Assembly (NCBI GenBank): GCA_052390235.1
Contig: JBQTHB010000002.1
Location: 448,001-512,000 of the forward strand
DNA: 64,000 nt
Direction: 5' to 3'
DNA from: Deltaproteobacteria bacterium
GTDB lineage: Bacteria; Desulfobacterota_D; UBA1144; Nemesobacterales; CSP1-2
Shown: positions 20,640 through 32,052 of the stretch, piece by piece
Layout: each line of letters starts with the position of its first letter
Numbering within the stretch: position 1 is the first letter of the stretch
Made by a program: the position numbers and the translations under genes
The notes under the pieces: model-generated
Seen by the model: the letters and a program-made list of their open reading frames with translations, nothing else
The model's database searches: none
What the model was told of the DNA's origin: nothing

Positions 20640-20662
20640 ATATCATTTAGGAGGATGCCGAG

Positions 20663-21118
20663 ATGAATAGTATGAAGAGTGTTTTAGTAGCCGCGCTGGC
20701 TATGGTTATGGTCGGATTGAGCCTTGCCTGTCCTCAACCGCCCCAAGAGGCTCCGGCCGAGAAATCTCTCTATGAGAGGTTGGGGGGGAAAGATGCGATA
20801 ATTGCCGTGGTTGACGATTTTGTCGCGCGGGTTGCGGCTGATACGCGCATCAACGGCTTTTTTGCCAATACTGATATAGCCCGCCTCAAGGGTTGCTTGG
20901 TGGATCAGGTATGCCAAGCCGCGGGGGGTCCATGCCAATATACGTGCAGGGATATGAAGTCCTCTCACGCGGGAATGGGCGTTTCAACCGCCGATTTTAA
21001 CGCCCTAGTCGAGGATTTAGTAGCGACGCTCGATAAATTCAAAGTGCCGCAGAGGGAAAAAGACGAGCTTCTGGGCGCGCTGGGCCCGATGCAGGGGGAT
21101 ATTGTCGAGAAGCCCTAA
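20663..21118 (+). CDS. Group I truncated hemoglobin with lipoprotein signal peptide
   Basis: SLYERLGG, VAADTRINGFF, GGP..Y..RDM..SH (proximal His), DFNALVEDL. Signal peptide ends in SLAC lipobox. Confidence 0.9.
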   Translation: MNSMKSVLVAALAMVMVGLSLACPQPPQEAPAEKSLYERLGGKDAIIAVVDDFVARVAADTRINGFFANTDIARLKGCLVDQVCQAAGGPCQYTCRDMKSSHAGMGVSTADFNALVEDLVATLDKFKVPQREKDELLGALGPMQGDIVEKP

Positions 21119-21150
21119 CATCTAAAATAGATATTTATTAATAACTACAT

Positions 21151-21195
21151 AGCCGGGGGATGGGCGCGCAGGCTCGCTCTCTCCCGGTTTTTTTT
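21151..21195 (+). terminator. Intrinsic terminator after the globin gene
   Basis: AGCCGGGGGA...TCTCCCGGTT hairpin followed by a T-run. Confidence 0.7.
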
Positions 21196-21280
21196 CATTC
21201 CCAAGGGGACGCCCCTCATCGCCTCTGAGCCTGGTATATTCATTGGCATCGAAAAAGGAATCTTCTCTGGTTGGGGGCGG

Positions 21281-22351
21281 ATGAAAAATCATAAAGGAAA
21301 TGGCGAGTGGCTAGGGGCTGTGTTCGATGCCCTGCCAGATGCGATTATCGTTCTCGACTCCGCTTTTACTATAATTGCAATGAACGATTCGGCCGAGAAT
21401 ATATTTAAAATCTCCCGCGAGAAAGCCTCCGGCAGGCACTGCTTCAGCGTTATCCCTAAGGAAATCCAGGTCGTCGCCCTAAAATCCCTTGAAGAGGAGA
21501 GGAGCGTTATCGGGGATAGCGTCAAGGCTTCCCTGCGAGATGGGCAGAAGGTCTCGCTCCAAGCCGTGGCGTCGCCAATCCTCGGCAACATCGGAGGGGT
21601 AGATGGGATAGTGCTTCAGGTCAAAGACCTCGCCGGCGCGGAATTCCTCAACGAGAGGAATCTGCAGCAGGTCTCAAGCTCGGCTCTCGAAGGGCTTATC
21701 CTCGGACTCGCCCACGAGCTTAAAAACCCCCTTAGCGGAATCAGGGGTGCGGCTCAAATTCTGCTCGAAGAGGCGGGAAGCGCGGAGATTATCAAATGCG
21801 CCCGGATTATCATCAAAGAAGCCGACCGCCTGCGCTCGCTGCTCGATACGATGAAGAGGCTAGAGCCATTCGCAAAAGAGATTTTCGAGCCTGTAAACGT
21901 AAATGAAATCCTCACCGAGGTGCTTTTCCTAGAGTCCAAATCCCTCGGCGGCAAGGGAGTAAAATTCACCCACAGCTTCGATGTCGCCCTGCCTCCTGTA
22001 AGTGGCGACGCCAATTCACTCAAGCAGGCGATTCTCAATCTCGTTAGAAACGCCATTGAGGCTATAGAAGACAGAGGCGAGGTCTATGTCTCGACAAGAT
22101 GGATTACGGACTACAAGCTAAAAAACGAAAACGCCATTTCAATTTATATCAGGGACAGCGGCGCGGGAATCTCCAAAGAGTCTCTTGAGAAGATATTCTC
22201 TCCGTTTTATACGACGAAGAAAAATGGCACTGGCTTGGGGCTTTTCCTCGCCTATCAAATCGTGGCAAAACACGGCGGGGCTATTTTTGTCGAGAGTCAG
22301 CCGGGTAGGGGTACTCTCTTTAAGGTCTATCTGCCGATATATGAAAAATGA
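21281..22351 (+). CDS. ntrB: PAS-domain sensor histidine kinase, NtrB-like
   Basis: PAS domain plus GLAHELKNPLSGIRGAAQ (NtrB H-box), NLVRNA, DSGAG and GTGLGL. Next to ntrC, glnB and glnA. Confidence 0.85.
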   Translation: MKNHKGNGEWLGAVFDALPDAIIVLDSAFTIIAMNDSAENIFKISREKASGRHCFSVIPKEIQVVALKSLEEERSVIGDSVKASLRDGQKVSLQAVASPILGNIGGVDGIVLQVKDLAGAEFLNERNLQQVSSSALEGLILGLAHELKNPLSGIRGAAQILLEEAGSAEIIKCARIIIKEADRLRSLLDTMKRLEPFAKEIFEPVNVNEILTEVLFLESKSLGGKGVKFTHSFDVALPPVSGDANSLKQAILNLVRNAIEAIEDRGEVYVSTRWITDYKLKNENAISIYIRDSGAGISKESLEKIFSPFYTTKKNGTGLGLFLAYQIVAKHGGAIFVESQPGRGTLFKVYLPIYEK

Positions 22352-22578
22352 TTCACTCTGCGCGATTAGGAACTACGCTTGATTCTTAAACCTCTTCGAT
22401 GTGGTATCATTCACAGTAGCGATTCACGATAGTTGTCCTAGCTCTGGGGGTGAGGCTCTTTATCCCTCATTGTGAATTTCCCGTTCGATTTAATCCCAAA
22501 TGCTGTTGCAGGCGGGCGCAAAGTGTGATTTAATTCGATTCGACCGCCGAAAATTTCTTTATTCTTGCCAACCGAAAA

Positions 22579-24018
22579 ATGAAAGAGAAAATCCTAGTAG
22601 TGGATGACGAAGAAAGCATCAGATGGGTACTTGGGCGATACCTCGAGAAAGCCGGCTACGAGGTGGAATTCGGCGAGAACGGGACGGAGGCGATTGAAAA
22701 AGCCCAGTCCGAGCTGTTTTCCCTGATTATTCTCGATATAAAAATGCCGGATTTGAGCGGGCTTATGGTTCTGCGCGAGATTAGGCTAAAGAATATTGAC
22801 ACGCCCGTCATCATCATCACCGCCCAAAATACCGTGAAAAACGCCATTGACGCGATGAAGGAAGGGGCATACGACTACGTGGCTAAACCCTTCGACCTCG
22901 ACGAAGTGAAACTCACCGTGGAACGCGCCATCGAGGGCTATAACCACGTGAAGATGATTGAACACCTCAGGGCGACGCTCAGGGAAAATGTCGAAACCAA
23001 TCAGGGCATAGTCGGCAACTCGCCCTTGATGCTGAAAATCTATAAAAACATCGGCAGAGTGGCGGAAAAGGATTTAACAGTCCTCATCAACGGAGAAAGC
23101 GGCGTAGGAAAAGAGCTTATCGCCCGCGCCATTCACCTCAATAGTAAAAGAAGCGAGGAAAAACTCGTCGCCGTCAACATAGCCGCCATCCCCAAGGAAC
23201 TCTTAGAGAGCGAGCTTTTCGGCTACGAAAAAGGGGCATTCACCGGCGCGCTCATCCGAAAACAGGGCAGGTTTGAGGAGGCTCATAAAAGCACGCTTCT
23301 GCTCGATGAAATCGGCGATATGCCCTTCGAGCTTCAGACGAAACTGCTGCGAGTGCTGGAGGAGAAAAAGTTCTACCGCCTTGGGAGCGAGAAGCCCGTA
23401 GAGGTTGACGTAAGGGTAATAGCGGCTACCAATAAAAACCTTGAGCAGGAAGTCAACCGCGGTAAATTCCGAAAAGACCTCTTCTACAGGCTCAACGGAA
23501 TAACCATAGAAATCCCCCCGCTTAGGGATAGAAAGGAGGATATAACCGTTTTTGCGGATTTCTTCCTCGATAAATATTCCAAAGAACTCGGCACAGGAAA
23601 ACGGGTGCTTTCCGAGGAAGCCAAGGCGATACTATTTGAATACGATTGGCCCGGAAACGTAAGAGAGCTTGAAAACACGATAAAGCGCATACTCGTGCTT
23701 TCATCCGACATTATGATTACTCAGGAAACCATACTCGAAGCCGCCGCTTATGTTAGAAAATCCCGCCACGTCCCGGAGGACTCGCTCTACAGAGTCGTCC
23801 GCGATAGGTTCATGAGCATAATCAACTCAAACCAAGACCCCCCCGAAAGCGGCATATATGATATGTTCATAAAAGAGGTGGAAAAGCCTCTGATTGAAGC
23901 CGTGCTTGAAATTACAAAAGGGAATAAGAAAAAAGCGGCGGCAGTGCTGGGCATTAACCGAAACACACTTGCCAAGAAACTCGACGAGCTTGGGATTTTT
24001 TTGGAAGAAGCAGATTGA
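22579..24018 (+). CDS. ntrC: sigma54-dependent response regulator, NtrC-like
   Basis: Receiver (VDDEESIRWVL, LDIKMP), GESGVGKE, ESELFGYEKGAFTGA, WPGNVRELEN, HTH GINRNTL. Confidence 0.9.
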   Translation: MKEKILVVDDEESIRWVLGRYLEKAGYEVEFGENGTEAIEKAQSELFSLIILDIKMPDLSGLMVLREIRLKNIDTPVIIITAQNTVKNAIDAMKEGAYDYVAKPFDLDEVKLTVERAIEGYNHVKMIEHLRATLRENVETNQGIVGNSPLMLKIYKNIGRVAEKDLTVLINGESGVGKELIARAIHLNSKRSEEKLVAVNIAAIPKELLESELFGYEKGAFTGALIRKQGRFEEAHKSTLLLDEIGDMPFELQTKLLRVLEEKKFYRLGSEKPVEVDVRVIAATNKNLEQEVNRGKFRKDLFYRLNGITIEIPPLRDRKEDITVFADFFLDKYSKELGTGKRVLSEEAKAILFEYDWPGNVRELENTIKRILVLSSDIMITQETILEAAAYVRKSRHVPEDSLYRVVRDRFMSIINSNQDPPESGIYDMFIKEVEKPLIEAVLEITKGNKKKAAAVLGINRNTLAKKLDELGIFLEEAD

Positions 24019-24109
24019 CCAGCGGATGCAATCCGGTCTTAAAAACTCTCTGCTATGAGGGCAACCGAGCGCAATATGTAATCACGCGCGCCGATCGGGG
24101 CAGGGGGGC

Positions 24110-24775
24110 TCAGTTCTCTGCTGAATCAAATCCTGCTAGAGCCTCTTTAGCCGCGGACTGCTCGGCTTCTTTCTTGTTTCTCCCCGCGCCTTTTCCAAGG
24201 AGCTTTCTGCCTATTTTGACTTCGACGTAAAAGGTTTTGCTGTGTGCTAGTCCCTGTTCAAGCACGACCCTGTACTTGGGTACGCTCTTGTATTTTTTCT
24301 GCACCAGCTCCTGAAGCCGCGTCTTAGGGTCGCTGAATAGGGCTTCGTCATTAATACATTTTTTCAAGAGCTTGTTGATAACTCTGATGGCCGATCTGTA
24401 GCCCCCGTCAATATAAACCGCCCCGATGACGGCTTCAAACGCCCCGGAGAGGTTTGACTCCCTATCGCGCCCTCCGGTCAGTTCTTCGCCCTTTCCGAGC
24501 ATAATATCTCTGTCAATTTCTAGCTCTCTTGCGAAACGCGCAAAATTTGCCCCGCTCACAATGGCGCTCCTCATCTTCGAGAGCTTCCCTTCTGGGGCTT
24601 CGGGGAATTCATCGTATAGAAACTTAGCCACTGCGCAGTCAAGCACGGCGTCCCCAAGAAACTCAAGCCTCTCGTAGCTTTCAATCGAGGTCTCGTTGGC
24701 AAACGAGCTGTGGGCGAGCGATGTTTTCAGGAGTTGCTGGATTTTGAATGTGTATCCGAGTTTTTTCTCAATCAT
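24110..24775 (-). CDS. rnc: Ribonuclease III
   Basis: ERLEFLGDAVL signature, FEAVIGAVYID, dsRBD DPKTRLQE...KKEAEQSAA. Confidence 0.97.
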   Translation of the reverse strand: MIEKKLGYTFKIQQLLKTSLAHSSFANETSIESYERLEFLGDAVLDCAVAKFLYDEFPEAPEGKLSKMRSAIVSGANFARFARELEIDRDIMLGKGEELTGGRDRESNLSGAFEAVIGAVYIDGGYRSAIRVINKLLKKCINDEALFSDPKTRLQELVQKKYKSVPKYRVVLEQGLAHSKTFYVEVKIGRKLLGKGAGRNKKEAEQSAAKEALAGFDSAEN

Positions 24776-24952
24776 TGATGGTAAATAATTAGCGCAGTTC
24801 CTATGAAAATCAATAAACTCCGCGAAAATACTGCCGCTTTATTTATTATAGCCGATTGCCGGAATCTGGCGGCGGCGCTGCGGATAAATGCAATTTGGCG
24901 TTCTGGTATTGAAGTAAATCGAGTTTATAGTAGAATGTCCCATCTGGCGGCG

Positions 24953-24992
24953 GTGTTTAGTTTTTAAAACTCCGTGCTTAAGTCTTAGGCAC
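24953..24992. promoter_or_regulatory. Tandem enhancer-like (NtrC-type) boxes upstream of glnB-glnA
   Basis: GTGTTTAGTTTTTAAAACT (24953-24971) and GTGCTTAAGTCTTAGGCAC (24974-24992, TGC-N11-GCA). 21-bp period, as at 6901/6922. Confidence 0.65.
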
Positions 24993-25029
24993 AATTTTTC
25001 CGCTGAATCGGCTTCGAGCCCGGCAATAG

Positions 25030-25449
<420 letters not shown>

Positions 25450-25488
25450 AATTAGAAAATAATCACAATCAAGGAGGATGTGCAATAT

Positions 25489-26940
25489 ATGGCTACGAAA
25501 AAGAAGGCTTCAACCAGCCCTTTTCCCCAAAACGCAGGGGAAGTGTTTAAGCTCATAAGCGAGAAACAAATCGAGGTGATTGACTTCAGATTTCTCGATT
25601 TTCTAGGAACTTGGCAGCACTTCAGCGCTCCCACCCACGAGCTTGAAGAAGAGACCTTTGAAGAGGGCCTCGGCTTTGACGGCTCAAGCATTCGAGGCTG
25701 GCAGTCTATTCACGCAAGCGATATGCTCGTTATCCCCGACCCCACGACGGCGAGAATTGACCCGTTTACCGCACATCCGACGCTGTCTCTGATATGCGAC
25801 ATCGCCGAGCCGCTCACCCATGAGGCTTACTCTCGCGATCCGAGAAATATCGCCAAAAAGTCCGTCGCTCACCTGAAAAATACCGGCATTGCCGATACGG
25901 CGTTTTTTGGCCCCGAGCTTGAGTTTTTTATTTTCGATGACGTCAGATACGACCAGACTACACACTCCGGCTATTACTACATAGATTCCGTCGAGGGTAT
26001 CTGGAACTCCGGCAGGGATGAAAAACCGAACCTAGGCTATAAGCAGAGATACAAAGAGGGCTACTTTCCTGTGTCTCCGACGGACAGTTTTCAGGACCTG
26101 CGCTCGGAGATGATAAAAGTACTGGAACAAGTGGGCGTCATCATCGAGAAGCAGCACCACGAGGTCGCAACCGGAGGTCAAGCCGAGATTGATATGCGCT
26201 TTGCCCCGCTCGTTGAAATGGGCGATAGAATGATGTGGTATAAATACATCTGCAGAAACGTCGCCAAGAAATATGGAAAGACCGTATCCTTCATGCCTAA
26301 GCCCCTTTTCGGCGACAACGGCTCCGGGATGCACACGCACCAGTCCCTGTGGAAAGACGGCAAGCCGCTTTTTGCGGGCAACTCCTACGCCGGTTTGAGC
26401 GAAATGGCTATGTACTACATCGGAGGGATTCTTAAGCACGCCCCGGCTCTGTGCGCATTCGTAGCTCCGACTACTAACTCGTATAGGAGACTCGTTCCGG
26501 GATATGAAGCGCCGGTTAACCTAGCCTATTCTGCTAGAAACCGTAGCGCCGCAATTAGAATCCCGATGTACTCTCAAAGCCCGAAATCCAAGAGGCTTGA
26601 GGCCAGATTCCCCGACCCGTCCTGCAACGGCTACATTGCCTTCGCCGCGATGCTCATGGCGGGATTAGACGGCATCGAAAAGAGAATTCATCCGGGAGAG
26701 CCGCTCGATAAAGACATCTACGCCCTCGGGCCAGAGGAGCTTGCCGGAATTCCGTCCGTACCCGGCTCGCTTGAGGATTCACTCAAAGCGCTTGCCGCAG
26801 ACCACGAATTCCTGCTCAAGGGCGACGTTTTCACCACAGACGCAATTGAGACGTGGATTAGCTATAAGATGGAAAAAGAGGTCAATCCGATGAAGCTCAG
26901 GCCCGTGCCTTATGAGTTTATGCTCTATTTCGACTGCTAA
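25489..26940 (+). CDS. glnA: Glutamine synthetase type I
   Basis: [44 protein letters not shown], adenylylation-site-like DKDIY. Start ATG 25489. Confidence 0.98.
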   Translation: MATKKKASTSPFPQNAGEVFKLISEKQIEVIDFRFLDFLGTWQHFSAPTHELEEETFEEGLGFDGSSIRGWQSIHASDMLVIPDPTTARIDPFTAHPTLSLICDIAEPLTHEAYSRDPRNIAKKSVAHLKNTGIADTAFFGPELEFFIFDDVRYDQTTHSGYYYIDSVEGIWNSGRDEKPNLGYKQRYKEGYFPVSPTDSFQDLRSEMIKVLEQVGVIIEKQHHEVATGGQAEIDMRFAPLVEMGDRMMWYKYICRNVAKKYGKTVSFMPKPLFGDNGSGMHTHQSLWKDGKPLFAGNSYAGLSEMAMYYIGGILKHAPALCAFVAPTTNSYRRLVPGYEAPVNLAYSARNRSAAIRIPMYSQSPKSKRLEARFPDPSCNGYIAFAAMLMAGLDGIEKRIHPGEPLDKDIYALGPEELAGIPSVPGSLEDSLKALAADHEFLLKGDVFTTDAIETWISYKMEKEVNPMKLRPVPYEFMLYFDC

Positions 26941-26969
26941 TTGGATTTTCTGACGCCTTGACACACAGC

Positions 26970-27009
26970 AGGCGGCAATTCCCAATCATCGGTGTTGCCG
27001 CCTTTTTTT
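26970..27009 (+). terminator. Intrinsic terminator after glnA
   Basis: AGGCGGCAA...TTGCCGCCT stem followed by a T-run. Confidence 0.8.
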
Positions 27010-27141
27010 GTTGGAGAGCGCGCATTTATTTATGCCATTCCCGCGCTTGGGCTCACCATAAGCGCCGCCGAACTATTAGAAGCTGATGGGGGATAATAGC
27101 AGTCGCCCCCCGCTCCGTTAAATGTCTGCAATTTATTAGGG

Positions 27142-28560
27142 TTATCTGTCAAAGAGGTGAAGCTGCTTGAGCTTTATCTTAGAATCGGCGATTTCAACCG
27201 GGTAGTTCCCTGTAAAGCAGGCGTCGCAGAAGCTCTCCCGCCCTTCAAGCGCCTTTGCGGTTTCAACGGCTTTGGCGACCCCTTCGAGGCTCAGGTATCC
27301 TAGCGAGTCTGAGGTGATGTATTTGTTGATTTCATCCACGCTGAGCGACGATGCAATGAGTTCTTCTCTTATCGGAGTGTCAACCCCATAGTAGCAGGAA
27401 AAGCACATCGGCGGGGAGCTAATTCTGAGGTGAATTTCCTTCGCACCCGCCGCGCGAATCATCTTCACAATTTTGCGGCTCGTCGTTCCCCTCACAATGG
27501 AATCGTCTATGATGACGACCCTTTTGCCGGCTAAAACCTCGCGTATGGCGTTGAGCTTGAGCTTGACACCGAAGTTTCTGATGGACTGCTGAGGCTCGAT
27601 AAACGTCCTGCCGACGTAGTGGCTTCGCAGTAGCCCCATTTCAAGCGGAAGCCCCGAATATTCGGCATATCCCATAGCGGCTGGGACGCCTGAGTCCGGC
27701 ACGGCGACGACGATATCGGCGTCGGCTGGTTGCTCCTTGGCGAGTTGCTTGCCGAATTCCTTTCTCACCTGATAGACGTTGCGGCTGAATATGGAGCTGT
27801 CGGGTCTGGCAAAATAGATATATTCAAACACGCAGTGCGCGGACTTCGCGGCGGGGAAGGGCTTGAACGACTCCATACCGCCCTTGGCTCTTATAACGAG
27901 AATCTCTCCCGGCTCGATTTCCCTTATAAATTCCGCCTCGATGAGGTCAAAGGCGCAGGTCTCGGATGCCACTACAGTTGCCTCGCCGAGCCTTCCAAGC
28001 ACAAGTGGCCTGAACCCCTGCGGGTCTCTTGCGGCTACCATGAATTTGGGCGAGAGAAACAGCAGGGAATAAGCCCCTTTACAGCGCAAAAGGGCCTCCG
28101 TGATGCGTTTTATTAGCTTATCTTCTTTCGATTTTGCGATGAGGTGGACGATGACTTCCGTGTCGGTTGTGGATTGAAATATCGCTCCATCTTGCTCGAG
28201 TTCTTCTCGCAGGATGCGGGCGTTGGTGAAGTTGCCGTTGTGGGCAATGGCAAGCTCGCCTTTGAAGTAGGTTACGACGATGGGCTGGCTATTTTTGAGG
28301 TGGCTTGAGCCAGTGGTTGAGTAGCGCACGTGTCCTATGGCATTTTTGCCGGGGAGTCGGGACAGAACGTCCTCTGTGAAAATATCGGAGACAAGCCCCA
28401 TCTCGCGGTGAGAGTAAAGGTGGCTGTTGTCTGAGGTTACTATTCCCGCGCTCTCCTGCCCCCTGTGCTGAAGGGAGTGAAGCCCCAAGTAGGTGAGATT
28501 TGCCGCCTCCGGGTGTCCGAATATGCCGAAAAGCCCGCACTCTTCTTTTATTTTCGCCAT
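27142..28560 (-). CDS. purF: Amidophosphoribosyltransferase
   Basis: [37 protein letters not shown], Fe-S cysteines. Confidence 0.98.
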   Translation of the reverse strand: MAKIKEECGLFGIFGHPEAANLTYLGLHSLQHRGQESAGIVTSDNSHLYSHREMGLVSDIFTEDVLSRLPGKNAIGHVRYSTTGSSHLKNSQPIVVTYFKGELAIAHNGNFTNARILREELEQDGAIFQSTTDTEVIVHLIAKSKEDKLIKRITEALLRCKGAYSLLFLSPKFMVAARDPQGFRPLVLGRLGEATVVASETCAFDLIEAEFIREIEPGEILVIRAKGGMESFKPFPAAKSAHCVFEYIYFARPDSSIFSRNVYQVRKEFGKQLAKEQPADADIVVAVPDSGVPAAMGYAEYSGLPLEMGLLRSHYVGRTFIEPQQSIRNFGVKLKLNAIREVLAGKRVVIIDDSIVRGTTSRKIVKMIRAAGAKEIHLRISSPPMCFSCYYGVDTPIREELIASSLSVDEINKYITSDSLGYLSLEGVAKAVETAKALEGRESFCDACFTGNYPVEIADSKIKLKQLHLFDR

Positions 28561-28626
28561 GTTTAAGTGAGTTTAAATGAATGAAATAAATCCGCCGCTC
28601 TCGCCTCGCCGCCGCCCTGTCCGCCG

Positions 28627-30825
28627 TTATTTCAATAAATCTTCAAATCCCCCCGCCCAAGCCCTGTGCGCCGCCTCTGCCGATAGGTCAATCAACCCCG
28701 CAATGTGGAAGCGCTCCCCCCCGACTGAGCCTATCATCTGCATCGGGACTCCGCTCGCCTCGGCTATTTTCTCTATAGCGCGGACATTTTTCTTATCCGC
28801 AGAAATTAGCGCCCTAGATTGGGACTCGCCGAATAGTAGCGCGTCTGCCCTAATTCTACCATGAATCGGTTTTATTTGCACCCCGGCGACGCCGCTGGGA
28901 TTAAAGCAGGCTTCGGCAAGGGCAATTGCAAGCCCGCCTTCGGAAATGTCATGCGCCGAGCTTATTAGCCCAAGCTCCGCCGCATCGAGAAGCGCCTTAA
29001 TTAGATTCGCCTCTGCCCGGAGGTTAATTCGGGGCGGAAGCCCAGCCGCAAGCCCGTGAATTGTCTTGAGGTACTCGCTTCCCCCAATCTCTCCGTGCGT
29101 CTCGCCGAGGAGAATCACGACATCTCCCTCGCGCTTGAACCACTGCGTGATGCGCTTATTCACATTATTGATGAGTCCGACCATCCCGATTGTCGGCGTG
29201 GGGTATATCGCCCGCCCTTCGGTCTCGTTGTAGAAACTCACGTTGCCGCCCACAACCGGAGTGCCGAGGGCGATGCACGCATCGGATATGCCCTCGACTG
29301 AGCGCTTGAATTGCCACATGATTTCCGGGTTTTCGGGGCTTGCGAAATTGAGGCAGTCCGTAATAGCAAGCGGAGTCGCGCCGGAGCAGGCGAGGTTTCT
29401 CGCGCTCTCGGCTACGGCGATTTGCGCCCCGGCGTGGGGGTCGAGGTAGCAGTATCGGGAGTTGCAATTGAGCGTCATGGCGAGGGCTTTGTCACTCCCC
29501 TTGATTCTCACGACGGATGCGTCTGAGCCGGGAGGGACTACTGTATTTGTGCGAACCATGTGGTCGTACTGCTCCCAAATCCAGCGCCTGCTCGAGAGAT
29601 TCGCCGAGCTGAGCATCTTGAGTAGCGCCGAGTTCATATCTCCCGGCACGGGGATTGACTCGAGATTGAGCCTATTTGCCGATTTTAGATACTGGGGTTT
29701 TCGGTAAGGACGCTTATACCTCGGCGCATCGTCCGTAAGGGAGTTAATGGGCAGAGAGGCGGCGGTGTTTCCATTATCGGCGAGGATTAACTTTCCCGTG
29801 TCCGTAACCTCGCCCACGACGGCGAAGTCGAGCGCCCATTTGCGAAAAATCCTCTCTGCCGCTTCCTCTCGCCCCCGCTCAACGACCAGTAGCATCCTCT
29901 CCTGAGATTCGGACAGCATAACCTCGTAAGGGGTCATGCCCATCTCCCGTCTCGGCACTTTATCAATCCAAAGCGTAACTCCCGTTCCAGCGCGCCCTCC
30001 CATCTCGACGGAGGACGACGTAAGTCCCGCCGCTCCCATGTCCTGAATCCCCACGACGACGCCCGTTTTAAATAGCTCAAGACAGGCCTCGAGCAGGAGC
30101 TTTTCCGTGAACGGGTCTCCTACCTGCACCGCGGGCCTCTTCTCTTCGGTTTCTTTAGTGAACGTGTCAGATGCCATCACGGCCCCGTGAATCCCATCGC
30201 GTCCGGTTTTCGAGCCGATGTAAATCACGGGATTGCCGACTCCTCTGGCGACTCCCCTGAAGATTTCGCCCTTTTTCATGATTCCGAGCGCGAAGACGTT
30301 TACGAGCGGGTTTCCGTTGTAGCACTCATCGAAATACGTCTCGCCGCCCACGGTGGGAATGCCGATGCAGTTGCCATAGCCGGCGATGCCGGAGACAACG
30401 CCAGATACGAGGTACTTAGTTGTCGGCAAAGCGGGGTCTCCAAACCGGAGCGAGTCGAGAATGGCTATGGGTCTCGCGCCCATGGTGAAAATGTCGCGCA
30501 GAATCCCTCCAACGCCGGTTGCCGCCCCTTGATACGGCTCGATGAACGAGGGGTGGTTGTGGCTTTCCATTTTAAATGCGGCGCAGAGCCCATCGCCGAT
30601 GTCAACAATGCCCGCATTCTCTCCGGGTCCTTGGACGACGCGCTCGCCTTTTGTGGGAAATTTCCGAAGATAGACCCTTGAGCTTTTGTACGAGCAATGC
30701 TCAGACCACATGGCGGCGAATATGCCAATTTCGGTGATATTGGGCTGTCTGCCTAGGGTGTCAACGATTTTTTTATATTCATCTTCTTTGAGACCGTGTT
30801 TCAAGGCGATTTGTAATTGGTTCAT
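28627..30825 (-). CDS. purL: Phosphoribosylformylglycinamidine synthase subunit PurL
   Basis: [44 protein letters not shown]. 732 aa. Confidence 0.98.
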   Translation of the reverse strand: MNQLQIALKHGLKEDEYKKIVDTLGRQPNITEIGIFAAMWSEHCSYKSSRVYLRKFPTKGERVVQGPGENAGIVDIGDGLCAAFKMESHNHPSFIEPYQGAATGVGGILRDIFTMGARPIAILDSLRFGDPALPTTKYLVSGVVSGIAGYGNCIGIPTVGGETYFDECYNGNPLVNVFALGIMKKGEIFRGVARGVGNPVIYIGSKTGRDGIHGAVMASDTFTKETEEKRPAVQVGDPFTEKLLLEACLELFKTGVVVGIQDMGAAGLTSSSVEMGGRAGTGVTLWIDKVPRREMGMTPYEVMLSESQERMLLVVERGREEAAERIFRKWALDFAVVGEVTDTGKLILADNGNTAASLPINSLTDDAPRYKRPYRKPQYLKSANRLNLESIPVPGDMNSALLKMLSSANLSSRRWIWEQYDHMVRTNTVVPPGSDASVVRIKGSDKALAMTLNCNSRYCYLDPHAGAQIAVAESARNLACSGATPLAITDCLNFASPENPEIMWQFKRSVEGISDACIALGTPVVGGNVSFYNETEGRAIYPTPTIGMVGLINNVNKRITQWFKREGDVVILLGETHGEIGGSEYLKTIHGLAAGLPPRINLRAEANLIKALLDAAELGLISSAHDISEGGLAIALAEACFNPSGVAGVQIKPIHGRIRADALLFGESQSRALISADKKNVRAIEKIAEASGVPMQMIGSVGGERFHIAGLIDLSAEAAHRAWAGGFEDLLK

Positions 30826-30949
30826 GAGGAGCGTAATTATACCCTATGCTCACGGCTGAAAAAGTAGGAGAGGGGCGCAGTGGGGGCGGATACGGATTTG
30901 TGTCAGATGGATTGCCGGGACCGGAGGGGATTTCCCTTAAAATCTCTCA

Positions 30950-31645
30950 TCACGGCAGGTATCGCGCGGGGTCAACAGGCGCTCCGCCCAGCCTCAGCTC
31001 AAAATGCAGGTGAGAGCCTGTAGCCCTGCCGCTGCTGCCGACCTCGGCTATGACCTCTCCGGCCCTTACGCACTCTCCCGTGCTCACACGGTTTCGCCTG
31101 TTGTGGGCGTAAACTGTCCTCATTCCCCCGCCGTGTTCAATCTCGATGATTCTCCCGTAGCCGGAATACCCGTCGAGACTGCGCGCGCTGACTACGACCA
31201 GCCCCGCCGCCGCCGCTTTTATCAGCGCCCCCTCCCGCGCCGGAATGTCAATTCCCGTGTGCTGGGCGCCGCCCCTGCGTCCGAAGCCGGATGAAATCCT
31301 CCCCTCAAGCGGGCGTATTAGCTTCGATGCGCCGCCGCTCTGGGAGATTGCCAGTCTCTGTCCAACTTCGATGCGCGCAGCATCGGCGATGTCGTTCAGA
31401 CGCGCAATCTCCTCAATTGTTACGCCGTAGTTTACAGAGATTCTATAGAGGGTTTCTCCCGCGCGGACTGTGTGATAAATCCCATCCGAGGGGCGGCTTT
31501 TTCCGACGCACCTCGCCAAATCTCCTGCAATCTGGGATTTCTCTATAACCGAGGGCTTAGTCGAGCAGGCTAGAGCCACGGCGTGCGCAAGCGAGACTAT
31601 AAGCCAAATCCACCGCCTCTTCGGGAGTTTGAGCCATTTTAATAT
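30950..31645 (-). CDS. LysM + M23 peptidase lipoprotein (NlpD-like); start uncertain (GTG 31579 or ATA 31645)
   Basis: YHTVRAGETLYRIS LysM, HTGID and HLHFE M23 motifs. The in-frame upstream extension encodes KRR plus a hydrophobic stretch plus LAC lipobox. Confidence 0.85.
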   Translation of the reverse strand: MLKWLKLPKRRWIWLIVSLAHAVALACSTKPSVIEKSQIAGDLARCVGKSRPSDGIYHTVRAGETLYRISVNYGVTIEEIARLNDIADAARIEVGQRLAISQSGGASKLIRPLEGRISSGFGRRGGAQHTGIDIPAREGALIKAAAAGLVVVSARSLDGYSGYGRIIEIEHGGGMRTVYAHNRRNRVSTGECVRAGEVIAEVGSSGRATGSHLHFELRLGGAPVDPARYLP

Positions 31646-32036
31646 CCGATGACACCTCCCATGTTTTTATCCCTACGACAGGAATTCTGAGCTTCATAGC
31701 AAAAGCGATTTCGGATAGCGTTCCCCAGCTTCCGCCGACGGCAACGAGGGCGTCGCAGGAGCGGACGATAATAACGTTTCGGGCGTGGCTCATCGCCGTA
31801 ACAACGGGGATGTCAACATAGCGATTAGCCCCCGCTTTGCTCCCTCCGGGGATAATGCCGACTGTAATGCCTCCTTGGCTTTTAGCCCCTCTACACGCCG
31901 CCAGCATGACCCCGCCGAGGCCGCCGGATATGAGAACGCACCCTCTTTTGGCTATCTCACTGCCCACTTCTTCGGCAGTGGACAGCTCTTCGGGGGAGGC
32001 TTTGGCAATTCCGATAACGCCGATAGCTATTTTCAT
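31557..32036 (-). CDS. TIGR00725-type / LOG-like Rossmann-fold protein
   Basis: IGVIG, GGLGGVMLAACRGAK, VGIIPG, ARNVIIV, GGSWGTLSEIA. Start ATG 32036. Confidence 0.85.
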   Translation of the reverse strand: MKIAIGVIGIAKASPEELSTAEEVGSEIAKRGCVLISGGLGGVMLAACRGAKSQGGITVGIIPGGSKAGANRYVDIPVVTAMSHARNVIIVRSCDALVAVGGSWGTLSEIAFAMKLRIPVVGIKTWEVSSDIKMAQTPEEAVDLAYSLACARRGSSLLD

Positions 32037-32052
32037 TTTTCGGTCATAGAGG

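Noticed and set aside
21232..21248. sigma54-like site upstream of ntrB (TGGTATATTCATTGGC)
   Set aside because: GG-N10-GG rather than GC, no enhancer box nearby, and better read as an extended -10 (TG-G-TATATT).
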